Origin: Mobula hypostoma
Taxonomy: Eukaryota
NCBI RefSeq assembly: GCF_963921235.1
Contig: NC_086107.1
Location: 54,002,001-54,066,000 of the forward strand
Direction: 5' to 3'
Length of the DNA: 64,000 nt
The notes under the pieces were generated by a model. It was not told the DNA's origin, searched no databases, and was given only the letters and a program-made list of their open reading frames with translations. Both the position numbers and the translations under genes were made by a program. Within the stretch, counting starts at the first letter, position 1. Each line of letters opens with the position of its first letter. Shown one piece after another: positions 38,064 through 50,020 of this stretch.

Positions 38064-38173
38064 TTTCTTTGCAAAAAAGTACCTGAATGAAATGACTGAG
38101 AAGCAGCTAAGTTTGTATGATAAACTGATCAATCAGCCAACCAATGATTGGGATATTTACTACTGGATAACAG
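38064..38173 (+). CDS. SDHAF2: SDHAF2 coding exon 3 ([36 protein letters not shown])
   Basis: Acceptor acatttcag|T, donor AG|GTTTGT, 110 nt, phase 2/1, NDWDIYYW motif. Confidence 0.96.
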
Positions 38174-39096
38174 GTTTGTACAGATACAGTTGTTTACTCT
38201 ACACACATCACCCATCTTCTAGCCTGATATGAGGACAATTATTGAGTGACTTCATGCCCTTTACAACTTACTTTCCCTTCTAAAGCTGCAAACCACCAGC
38301 TGTCACAGGAGTTCTGTAGAAAAACAATGAACCAATGAAAAATATCGTTGTGATTGATTAGAAATTAATGTATAGTATGCTAGTGTTTGCTGGCCACATT
38401 TACCTAGACCCACATTCTATTCCTAATAACTGACATGTGGAAAGTGAACAAGAGAGAGTAAGCATCCTCCTGGCCCTGGATGTGTCCTTTCTGGGAAAGC
38501 CTGGACTTAGAATTAAGTGGATCTTACTCAACCTGTCCATTACCCTGGGGTGAGGGAGAACGTGAAGGCTTTGAGAGGAAGGTGGGGATTTTGGGATTTG
38601 ATGTCCAGGTCATTGGTTTCAGTGATGATGGTTCTGAACAATGCTTCCCCCCTCCACCTCCAAAAATAAATTATGTATGACTTTTTAGAGAGCGGTATTA
38701 ATTAAGTGCCCATGTGAAATTATAGTAGTTCATATGAGATAGTTTCTACTATGGTCATTACTGTTAAGCCAAGAAAGTATAGTCATCTGCATTTTTCATC
38801 AAGACTTACTGAATAACAGGCATGGGTAATTTGTTCAGGTAATGAAGAATCAAAATTTTACAGGGGTATTTACTAATAATACCCCAAATGTAGCACTTTT
38901 TTTTAAAAAGGGAGCAATAATGTCTGAACCATAGTAAGCATCATCTAAGTTAACTTTCCTCCAGAATATAGTTAATAGGAACTGATTTCTTTGTGGGTTG
39001 AAAAAGGCATTGGGTCTGAGTCACCCTTTGTCATTCTGAAACTTGGTTACTCCATATAATTGATTTTTGTGACGTCGTTTTCTTTTACTGAAACAG

Positions 39097-39227
39097 AAAC
39101 CAAGCCGACTCCTCCAGAATTTGATAATGAAGTAATGACTTTGCTGAAAGAATTTACCAAAAATCGTAATATGGAACATCGAGCAGGGCAGCCTGCCCTC
39201 GACTATCTCTTTGAAGACAAAAATTAA
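39097..39227 (+). CDS. SDHAF2: SDHAF2 last coding exon ([43 protein letters not shown])
   Basis: Acceptor aaacag|AA, in frame, TAA at 39225-39227. Matches the SDHAF2 C-terminus. Confidence 0.94.
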
Positions 39228-40764
39228 AATGGGTTTATATTGCCCCTACATGAACTACTGACAATAGATGGATTTACTTTTGCAAACACCAGGTATACTC
39301 AGCAGCACACGGAAATTCCTAAATTCAAATTTCACTTTGTTAGCATTTTGCAAAATTGCATACTACTGAACCTTTTTTCTGTGGTGTGTGAACTGCATTA
39401 TATACATAAAAGTAAACCATGCAGCTAAAATACTCCCCCATCAAAGTTTGAGTCCTTCATACTTCTGTGTCAGAAACAATTGATTTATATAAATATTATT
39501 GAATGAGATCAATTTATGATTGTGTATAAAAGAAAGTTAAGCTTATCTCTTGAAAATAAGACTATCTTTGGAAAGATAGTATAATATATTTCTTTGAACA
39601 TTGTTCATTAGCTGAGTGGTTAGGTGTGATATTTGGGTAATGTGATACAAAGTTACAGATGATTAGCTTTCCTAGGTTAGCTAAGCCTGGCAGAAGAATG
39701 ATTGAAATTGGCAAATCCTTAAACCTAATTACTCCTCAATCCCACATGAAAAATTAGTGAGGGTGAGAGGGAAAAAAATTACATGATCAGATCTCTTGCC
39801 CTGACCAAGACTAGAATTTAGGAAAAGGAGAATATTCAGAAGATTGAAAGAACCTGTTCAGGGTACTTGAAAGCTAATGTTATTAATAGAATCACATAAC
39901 TACGGGGTAAAAAAGAAAGGAAAATGAGTTGTTTATCCATGAAAGACAACACTGGCTTTGGCCATTTGCCTTATTTGTTAACCAGAATAAAATTGAATGG
40001 AGTAGCAGTATTTTGTTAAATTTAGGTTAACAGTATCAGTGAGAGAAAATTATTTAATCATACAGATGTTTCTGTAAGAACAACTCCTTCCAATCTCACA
40101 AGATTCCATTACAAGTATGAACATTGAGGTTATGGAACTATATTGCTGTGTTTGTTTACTGTTAAAGTGCAATGTTCAAGATTTCTGTATGTCCACCACT
40201 GCTATTACTTTCATTTGGACTAGGACAAGCAAATTCATAAAATAAAAGTTGAAGCTGTATCACGAGCTTCTTAATTATACCTAAGCTGGCAATGTGAATT
40301 GCTTCAGTACCTTTATCTGCAAGTTCAAGATCTGCAAATTTCTCATTAAGTGGATCTTTCTGCATTGGTAATTTCTGGTTTAGTCTAGTTGTTCAATAAA
40401 TAAGCACACTTTGTGCTTGGTATGAATATAGTTCAATACAATCAAAGATACTGCAAGTATCCTGGAAGGTTGATAGCCATAATTTGACTAAATGTTTGTT
40501 GGATACAGATGCAGCACAGCAGACCTTCTGCCATCAGCTCTCAAAATCCTGACTGATTCCAAACTGCTCAAACTTCTATGCGCTATGCAAAAGCAAAATG
40601 ATCATCATTACTACAGCAGTCAGACTTCAATCTTTGCTAGTCCTTGTGTATGATAGAATTCAATGTAAATGATTTTTTGTAGCCAAATAAAACAGAAGCT
40701 TGATATTGAATATCTTGCATTTCTCAGTAATTGACACCTATAAAAGTTAATTTTAATATCCATC

Positions 40765-41615
40765 AACCAGAAGATGATGCCAGCAAACAACATGACCAAG
40801 AGGGACATCCTCCAAACGGTTAACAAACTACTACTTTCACTTCTTTTATGTCTTTTTCTTTCAAATGTGGTTCTGCTGCTGTCAGAGCCTGTGATCTGTG
40901 TTTTGGTGGTGTGTTTCCGGGCCGATTGAGCAATATGGCACTTTGCTGTCTCCAAGGGTGTTCGGTGAGGAAGCACGCAGCCTTGAGACCAAGAACCCTG
41001 GAGACGGGGCATGGCCCCATGACCAACTCCATTTCTCACTGATCTCGCCAACTGAACTGTTGAGGAAGATTGAAATCATTGAGGCGAGAGCAGAAGGCAT
41101 GCAGGTGTTCAGCACCGGCTACCAGCCTCTCACTTGCTGCTGTCAGAGGAAGATGCCTGCATGCGGCTGTACCTCATCTGCTGCTCCTGAAGGAAGGTCC
41201 CTGTGTTTGAGTGGTCTGTCTCTCTGCTGCTCGCTCTATGCTGCTGGAGGATTGTGCTAGAGTCCTGGATCCTGGGTAAGGATTGTGGATTGGACTCTGT
41301 AGTTCACGTTATGATAATTTTCTGGTTCTGGTCACTCCTTTTTTTTATATATAGTATTGGGCCAGCCAACAGATAATGAACGACACCTCGGTAGATTGAA
41401 CTGAACCAAACTGAATATGCCTGCACTCGTTTGATTTTGGTGTTTTATATTGTGTTTTTTGCTTTTTTTTTTGTGCATTGCATGTAGGGGGGGATTGGAT
41501 GATTTTCTTTGAACAGGTTCCATTTCTTTGTTTAGTGGCTGTCTGTGGGAAAACAAATCTCAGGGTTTTATACTGCATACATACTTACATAATAAGTGTA
41601 CCTTGAAACTTCGAA
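40765..41615 (+). mobile_element. Non-autonomous retro-repeat between the SDHAF2 and TMEM80 3' ends
   Basis: Tail ...TACTGCATACATACTTACATAATAAGTGTACCTTGAAACT resembles those at about 17100-17180 and 54145-54250 (reverse). Confidence 0.5.
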
Positions 41616-42888
41616 CTTTATAATTCATTTTATTATGACAAACTAGATACTTTCCCTCAAAAGAATAAAATTGAAAATTTTGTTCACAATCAATTGACAA
41701 CACAATTTGTCATTCAGTGCAGAGGACACTGCTTTAAGATGTATGTCCATCTTCCTTTTCACTTGGCTTCCCCTCAGAACACTGAATAAAGGACATTGCC
41801 TCTGAGCAGAGCAGTGCATTGAGAGTTAATACAGAATAAACAGCGGCACTTTGTGATGCTGAATGAAAAGAGGAAAGCAGCAGCCTCAGAAGTTTGTGGA
41901 TCCTCTTGGAGGCAGCTATCAGATTAATTAGAAAATACAAAAATACATAATAGGAATATTAACCAATATTTACATAATATCCCCACAAAAGTTTAATTAA
42001 AAAATGTTGATCCTATGACACAAACTCCAAAGTCATCCAGGAGATAGGAATGGTGGATAAACGAAATGAATGCTGTATCATTTCAGTTACATCACGTGTA
42101 GATCCTGGACAAAATAAAGAAACTATAATTCACTGAGTTTTCAAAGCACTACTAATATCAAAGTGAATCTAGTTGCAGACACCGAATAACAATTTCTTCT
42201 AGCCTGATAGTAATATGCACAATCATTCTGTTTAGATTTTTTTTTAATTGCTATGAATTGTGCTTGGTAGCATTCTCAAGGCACACAATAAACAACATAT
42301 TTCATTTAACTCTGTCCTTCTACTGTTGGAATCTAATGAGCTAGATCAAGCTGATTCCAACCCATGCGTTGCAGTTGCCACTTTGCTGTTTTGGCAGCCA
42401 TGCTAAATCAGAATTTTTAAAAAATTTCTTCTCTTAGCATTTAAACGTGTACAAAAACGTTGTGATTAAAAATGATACATTAAAATAAATAGAGAGATCT
42501 TACCTGTATTTCTGGTAAATTAAGATTTCTGACCAAATTCAAATGAGAAAAATATAGTTTTTCCAGAACGTAATCCATGTGCACAAAAATTGTACTGAAT
42601 TTTAGAAACATTTCAAATTATTTAACTACATAAAGTTTCTAATTGCAATCATCTGATCATGAACAGCAGTAGGAAATCTGCCAATCATAAATCACATACC
42701 ACCAATGATATTCACTTTACTGAGAAGAAATAAACTTGTCTGAATGGTTCGGGTATTCCTAAATTAGACAATAGTTAAGAGGTTTCAACAGGTTTTTAAA
42801 ACTTCCAAATGTGGTATCTATGGAACAAAGAGGAAACAAGTAATAGTTATCATTTGTATGCACTTAGATACAAGGCAAATGAATCAAA

Positions 42889-43094
42889 TTACCTTACAAA
42901 AGCTGAAATAGCAATTATGTCCAGTACTTCCTCCAATCCATAAATTACCAGCAGGATTGCATTGATTATTACATCCGCTCTCAGCACATAGGTCTGCCAC
43001 AACAAGTAGTACAAGGAAAACAACATACTTCCAATTGTCAGAACCATGTTAATAACTATTGGAATTGCTTCTTCAGTCAGATTCCCTTTGAAAC
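42889..43094 (-). CDS. TMEM80: TMEM80 last coding exon (FKGNLTEEAIP...LLWQTYVLRAD...AISAFVR*)
   Basis: Acceptor cattttccag|GT. GNLTE and LLWQ..VL.AD motifs of the TMEM17/80/216 family. Total CDS is 426 nt = 141 aa plus stop. A donor AG|GTAAT at 42893 could give an alternative end. Confidence 0.88.
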
Positions 43095-43444
43095 CTGGAA
43101 AATGATGGGAAATCAATCCAGCTTTTATGATGTTACAGAATTTTTCTTGTTATACACAGAAAAAACAATGATGTGCAAAACCTGAAGCAGCTCTGAAATT
43201 TACTGTAACACTAATTGGCTAGATTTTTTTCAGATTCAAGCTATGTCATAGTTACAGCTGAGTTTTGTTCAGCTGAGAAAAGGAAAAATTTCTACTCTCA
43301 GTCACTGTCTAATAACTTATTTCGGAAAGGATAACTTTGCAAGTATTGGCTTCACAGATAGTCAACATCTTCTCATAAACTTGAGAAATATTAAGAGAAG
43401 TAGGTATTTGGCCCTGCATGCCTGTTTTGCCAATAATCAAGAGC

Positions 43445-43735
43445 TCCTTGCCTGTTCTCCATCTTCCGCTCCCCTCCCCTTTTCTTTCTTCCAAGGCCTT
43501 CCGTCCTATGATACTCCCCCTTCTCCAGCCTTGTATCCCTTTTGCCAATCAACTTCCCACCTCTTTGCTTCATCCTTCCCCCTCCTGTCTTCTCCTATCA
43601 TTTCAGGTCTCTCCCTCCCCCGTCAAATCTTTTTTCCGTTAGTCCTGAAGAAGGGTCTCGACCCGAAACGTTGACTGTACTTCTTCCTATAGATGCTGCC
43701 TGGCCTGCTGCGTTCCACCAGCATTTTGTGTGTGT
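43445..43735 (+). mobile_element. Single-arm Penelope-like 3'UTR/pLTR insertion in TMEM80 intron 4
   Basis: TSD TAATCAAGAGC at 43434-43444 and 43736-43746. Similar to the arms of A-C and ends at GTGTGTGTT. Confidence 0.8.
43641..43676 (+). ncRNA. Minimal hammerhead motif in a Penelope-like 3' fragment
   Basis: AGTC-CTGAAGA-AGGGTCTCGACCC-GAAACGTT-GACT; stem II GGG/CCC here versus AGG/CCT in elements A and C. Confidence 0.65.
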
Positions 43736-44859
43736 TAATCAAGAGCATTGCTCACTTTTATTTCAATGTCACTTCCCTGCACTGTCATGATATTCCTTGA
43801 TATTCAAAAGTCTACAGATGAACTCAAATTACTCAGCCTTCCCTGCTTCTGGGCCAGAGAATTCCAAAGTTGTATCTTTTGCAGATTTAAAAAAAAATTG
43901 AGAGATGCAAAATATTTTCTCTGGTATTGAGACTCTGGGTTTTAGCCTCCTTTTCCAGGGGAAACATTCTCTCAATAAAGGCTTGAATACCATTTGCTTT
44001 CCCTAACTGCTTGCTAGCTCTGCATGTTGACTTTCAGCAACATCTAGATCCCAATAAATGTTGGCATCACCAATTTCTTACCACCTGAAATACATTCCTC
44101 TGTTTTATGCAACCAAAAAAATGTTTTTTTCACATTATATTTCATCTTCCATGTGCTTACTTACTCATTCAGCTCATCAACTTTCTCATGAGCCTCCTTA
44201 CATCTTCTTTCCTATTCATAATCCCACCTAATTTTTTTTATATATTAGCAAACTTATAAATATGACATATGGTCCAGTCAGCCAAATTGCTGATGTACAG
44301 TCGACCATGACTGGCTGAGGCTAAGGACCAATCCCTTTGATAATCTGAGAAATCAGAGAAAGACCCGTTTATTCCAACTCTCATTTTTCATGTCTTTGTA
44401 ACTGAATCAAAGCAAAAAATACAGCCAAGTTTTCTTTAAACAGATTTTCTAAAGTTGAATTCTCAGACTGCTCAACTGATGTAAAAATCCTGTTAGACAT
44501 CTTTAATTGTCAGGTGTACTCAAGAAGCAAATCCAGGTTGTTGCCCTTTATAATTCCAGAATACAAGTGAAGATTTTCAGTATCTATTGATAACTTATGA
44601 GATCATTTCACTCTAAGCTTTCTCAGAGCCATTTCAGTCTTTTTGATGCGTTCTGTGAGATACTGTATGTTTGCTGCTCTTTGTGAATTTCTGAAACTTG
44701 GGGAAAATAAAGTAAGATATGATTCATCAGGACTGCTTTGACATGGTGACAGGAGTTGCTGGTGTCTGAAAAAGGCCTGTGTCAAAACAAAAGGTTTCCA
44801 AAAGGAATAATTTCCGGTGTACGGTATTTATCATACTGGCCTAAAAAATTCTTTGCTTG

Positions 44860-47790
44860 TACTGCAAGGGAGGCTTTACACTAGAGTTGCAGGGGTATGG
44901 GAACCAGAGTGCCAGAACAGAGAGTGGAGTGGTTGTGGAAATAGAAGTTGTTAAGAACTCAAAGTCAGGAATCAAAAAGTTAAGTAGGTCAAACTGATGT
45001 TCTGAGTTATGTATATTTCAATGCAAGAAGTATTGTAGGAAAGGTGAATGAGCTCAGGCGTGGATCAACACATGGAATTATGATATTGTAACCATTAGTG
45101 AGACTTGTTTGCAGGAGGCACGGGATTGGCAGCTCAGAATTCTGGGGTTCTGTATTTTTAGGTTTGACAGAGCGGGAGGGATTGAAGGGGAAAAGGTGGC
45201 ATTACCAGTCAGGAACAATGTCACAGCAGTGCTCACTCAGGACAGACTGGAGAATTTGTTTAATGGGGCTTTATGGTTGGAACTGAGGTGTAAGAAAGGT
45301 AAGACCACATTAATGAGGCTATATTATAGACCACCTAATAGTCCACAGGATTTAAGAGGAACAAATTTGTAGAGAGATTGCAGACTGTTGCAAAAAAAAC
45401 CATAAAGTTTTATAGTAGTTAATTTTAATTTTCCACATATGGGACTCCCATACTGTAAAAGGACTAGATGCGATAGAGTTTGTCAAATGTGTTCAGGAAA
45501 GTTTCTTTAATCAGTATGTAGAAGTCCCAATGAGACAGTGTGCCATACTTATTCTCCAATTAGGGAATGAAACAGGGCAGGTGACAGGGGTTTGTGTAGG
45601 GGAACACTTTGCACCTAGTGATCATAATGCCATTAGTTTCACGGTAATTATGGAAAAGGCTAGGTCTGGTCCTCAGTTGAAATTCTAAATTGGAGGATGG
45701 CAAATTTTGATAAAACAAAGCTTGTATGTGCCTGTCAGAATAAAGACAAGGATAACAGGTTTAGCAAACTGATTTTCAAGAGATTTTGAGGCCCCGATTA
45801 AGGAAAAAAAAGAAGTGCATAGCAGATATAGGTGGGTAAGAATAAATGAGGCGAACACGAGGCACTTACGTATAAATGCAGATATAGGCAGGTAGGAATA
45901 AATAAGGCAAACACGAGGCACTTGTGTATAAGAAATGCAAGAGAACACTTAAGAAATTAAGAGGGCTAAAAGAAGGAATGAGGTTACCCTAGTAGACAAG
46001 GTTAAAGAGAATCCTCATGGCTTCTACAGATGTGTTAAGAGCAAAACGATTGCAAGGGACAAAATTGTCCTCTGGAAGATCAGAAGGGCAATCTATCCTT
46101 GGAGCCAAAAGAGATGGCGGGGAGATCTTAAATGGTTTTTTTGAATCTGTATTTTACTTGGGAGATGGACACAGAGTCTATAGCAGTGAGGCAAAGTAGC
46201 AGCGAGGTCACAGACCCCATACAGATTACAAAGGAGGAGGTGCTCGCTGTCTTGAGGCAAATTAGGGTAGATGAATCCCCAGGGCCTGAAAAGATGTTCC
46301 CTCAGACCCTATGGGAGGCAAGTGCAGAAATTGCAGGGGCCCAAGCAGAGATATTTAAATCATCCTCAGTGACAGGTGAGGTACCAGTGGATTGGAGGAT
46401 AACTAATGTTGTTGTGCTGCTTAAGAAAAGCTCTATGAATAAACCAGTATGTAGGCCAGTGAGCCTGACGTCAGTGGTGAGAAAATTAATGTTGGGTATT
46501 CTAAAGGACCAGATATATGAACATTTGGATAGGGAGGAACTGATTAGGGATAGTCAACATGGCTTTTTAATGGTAGGTCATGCCTAACCAATCTTACGGT
46601 ATTTTTCAAGGAAATTAGCAGGAAAGTTGATGAAGGCAAGGCAGTGGATGTTGTCTACATGAACTTCCGGAAGGCAGTTGACAAGGTCTTGCATGGGTGA
46701 TCGGTCAAGAAGGTTCAATTGCTTGTCATTCAAGATAAGGTAGTAAATTGGATTAGGCGTAGGCTTTGCGGGAGAAGCCAGCCAATGCTAGTTTTCATAA
46801 CTGAAGGTCTGTGACTAGTAGAGTGCCTCAGAGATCGGTGCTGGGTTTGTTGTTGTTTATCATCTATATCAACGATCTGGATGATAATGTGGTTAACTGG
46901 ATCAGCAAATTTGCAGGTGACACCAAGATTGGGGCTGTAGTGGACAGTGAGGAAGACTATCAGAGCTTGTATCAGGATCTGGACCAGTTGGAAAAATGAG
47001 CTGAAAAATGGCAAATGGAATTATTGCAGATAAATGTGAGGTGTTGCACTTCAGGAGGACCAACCAGGGTAGGTCTTGCATAGTGAGCAATAGAACACTG
47101 AGGAGTGCAGTAAAACAAAGGGGTCTGGGAATACAGGTCCATAATTCATTGAAAGTGGTGTCACAGGTAGGTAGGGTCATAAAGAAAGCTTTTGTCACAT
47201 TGGCCTTTATAAATCAAAGTACTGAGCACAGGAAATGGAATGTTATGTTGAAGTTGTATAAGATGTTGATGAGTCCTAATTTGGACTACTGTGTGCAGTT
47301 TTGGTCACCTACTTACAGGAAAGATGTAAATAAGATTGAAAGACTACAGAGAAAATTTACAAGAATGTTGTCAGGACTGGAGGACTTAAGTTATAAGGAA
47401 AGATTCAATAGGCTTGAACTTTATTCCCCCGAATCCAGAAGATTGAGGGGAGATTTGATAGAGTTATACAAAGGGTAAATGCAAGCAGGCTTTTTCCACT
47501 GAGGCTGGATAAAAATACAACTGGAGTTCATAGGTTGAAAGGTGAAATGTTTAACGGGAAACTTCGGAGAAACTTCTTCACTCAGAGGATGGTAAGACTG
47601 TGGAATGTGCTACCAGCACAAGTGGTGAATGTGATTTCAATTTCAAAGTTTAACAGAAGTTTGGATAAAATGGGAGTGGTATGGAGGGCTGGGTGCAGGT
47701 TGATGGGACCAGGTAGTTTAAATGGTTTGGCATGGACTAGATGGGCTGAAAGGCCTGTTTCTCTACTGTAGTTTTCTATGACTATGATTC
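44860..47790 (+). mobile_element. Long degenerate CR1 LINE (APE endonuclease plus RT plus 3' tail) in TMEM80 intron 4
   Basis: YFNARSI, ISETCL, YYRPPNS, SDHNAI, SPGPE.MFP, KFAGDTK, RRLRGDLIE; tail TTCTATGACTATG. Confidence 0.88.
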
Positions 47791-48264
47791 TAGCTAGTCA
47801 GCATACCAACTGCTGGCATGAGGTTAGCTTAGTTTTAATAATGTTTGCTTGTTGAACAAAAAAAAACGCTTGCGGAAATCCAGTCCTGTAATCAGTTCAT
47901 CAACCCAAATTTTGGTTTAAGATTTTCTAGTGTTTGAACAGAATGAATAGATATTCAGAGAAGACAGACTTTTGACAGTATACCTAGGAGAATTAGCGTC
48001 CTTCCATTTCTCAATTCTGGACCCAATAAAGACTAATAGAATAAACTGTCAGGTGCAAAGTTTTAAATTGATACAAATTTTGAAGACAAAATTATTCACC
48101 AATTGCATTATTAAAATTTAAGATAGATATGTAGTTAATTTAACAGCCTAATTTATGCAAAACCTTTTAACACTTCTAGGATGTTTCAACAGAATTCATG
48201 TCAATGAATGTGTATTGAAATGTGTTCACTGACCATGCAAGTTTCTACTTACAAACAAAAATAG

Positions 48265-48535
48265 AGGGGCGCCTATTTAAAACAGAGATGCGGAGAAATT
48301 TCTTTAACCGGGGGTGGTGAATTTGCGGAATTTTTTACCGCAGGCAGCTGTGGAGGGCAGGTCGTTGAATGTATTTAAGGCAGAGCTTGATAGGTTCTTG
48401 ATTGGACACAGCATCAAAGGTTATGGGGAGAAGGCCAGGGAGTGAGGCTGAGGAGGGTGGGAAAAGAAAGGATCAGCCATGATTAATTGGTGAAGCAGAC
48501 TCGATGGGCCAAATGGCTTAATTCTACTACTGTGT
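48265..48535 (+). mobile_element. CR1 3' tail fragment
   Basis: Similar to 28600-28865. Confidence 0.7.
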
Positions 48536-48842
48536 CAATTACTGTTATATTTTGTTTGGATAATAACTCCAAATTACATCAGTATTTGTGTACCACAACT
48601 TGAATTTTTCTCTATAGAAACAGGGAAAGTTTCTGGAGCTGAAACAATTAGTCCCCAATGACATTAATTTGAATACATCTTCCTTACCTTCATACAGAAG
48701 CAGAGCACAGAATTTGAAAGATATCAAGTTAGCATAGCTCCAAACAAAATGCTCTGTTGGAACTCTAAAAATTTCACATCACTAACTGTATTGAGGATCA
48801 AATAGCACAGTACAATACCTACAATTTAATACAACATCTTAC

Positions 48843-48935
48843 CATGGTATAGCCTTATCACTTCCAGAATTATCATAAGAATCAGAAGAATCAAATCAAG
48901 AGCCAGATTACCATCTGGGAAACTAAAAACCTGAC
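48843..48935 (-). CDS. TMEM80: TMEM80 exon 4 (SQVFSFPDGNLALDLILLILMIILEVIRLYHG)
   Basis: Acceptor tttttcag|GT, donor G|GTAAGA, 93 nt. SQVFS is TMEM80-like rather than TMEM216-like (GVLLPYP). Confidence 0.9.
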
Positions 48936-49029
48936 CTGAAAAATAAAAAAATAGAATTAATTCCCTGAACCCAAAGTTTAAAATGTGAAAGTTTTGAGAG
49001 TAATTATATGATGGAAGTGCATAACTTAC

Positions 49030-49123
49030 TTTTGTAGATAACCATTAGCAAAATGGTAAGAAAATAAAATATATAATAACATATATTTAAGTAGTAAACC
49101 ATCTGTAGAGGGATGGAGGAAAG
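49030..49123 (-). CDS. TMEM80: TMEM80 exon 3 (LSSIPLQMVYYLNICYYIFYFLTILLMVIYK)
   Basis: 94 nt, donor A|GTAAGT. Matches TMEM80 LSSVPLQMLFYL...LLMITYKS as recalled. Confidence 0.9.
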
Positions 49124-50003
49124 CTGTTGAATTTCTGGTTAAGGTATGTTACTGCAATGAAAACAACATTCTCAATGTCTTGAGTTCTTTCTCAGCAGGT
49201 ATCTTCAAATTAAGAATTAAGCTGCTTCCCAAAAAGATAATTACCAAAATTGATCACTTTTTTCAACAAGTTCTGTTTCCTTAAGCAAAAGAAAATATTT
49301 CTTCTGCATATATGTGCACTGAAAATGTAAATGTGAGAGTAGAAAATTAATCTTGCCTTGTGATTTTATATCTTTGCTAATGCAGAATGCAAAGGTATAA
49401 AATCAAATGCATTCTGGGCTCTTCCCCACTATCTCACTTATATTCTGAACTTGCAGAGTTTTCAAAATTGTTGGGCCTATTTTGATAGCTTAGTGCATAA
49501 ATCAACTTATAGTTTGAGTATCAAGATAGGTTTAGTTTTAATTTTTGATCTGTACAAAGTTAACTGGTCTTAACTTAGATAATGCCCCTTTTCTCATCCA
49601 GGGTGAAGAAAAACTGGATTATTTAATTCATATAGTTCAAAACTAAAATCGCTCACAAATATATTCCACAATGCTGTATGACTGCCATTACCCTTGAATC
49701 CACAAATCAGCAACAAGAAAGGTCAGACGTCTAAGAAAGCAAAAAACAATCAAGAATGTCTTGAATCAAGTACAAACTGCAATATTGAAATGCAGAATAT
49801 TTGAATCCTCTTATGAGCAAATCCTCCTTCACAAGTAGCTACAACAATCATATTGAATATCATTCTTGTTTACTGCCCACATATTAATTACTCTTTATGC
49901 TTTCTGGAATAAATGATGCATTTCATTTACAAGCTACAAGAACACAGAACTAGAAAGCACTAATACAGCTCCTGGATATGGCAACTTTTATTCCAAAGGA
50001 TAC
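49124..50003 (-). other. U12-type (minor spliceosome) GT-AG intron of TMEM80
   Basis: 5'ss GTATCCTTT (50003-49995), branch sequence CCTTAAC (49144-49138) 14 nt before the exon, no polypyrimidine tract. Confidence 0.88.
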
Positions 50004-50020
50004 AACAGAAGCATAATTCA
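50004..50020 (-). CDS. TMEM80: TMEM80 17-nt micro-exon 2 (VNYASV)
   Basis: Acceptor cttttcacttacag|, followed by the U12 donor |GTATCCTTT. Restores frame between exons 1 and 3. Confidence 0.82.

Noticed and set aside
45822-45931. ~56-bp tandem duplication inside a CR1, superficially array-like
   Set aside because: A two-copy local slippage within a dead LINE; there is no spacer structure and no CRISPR context in a vertebrate.
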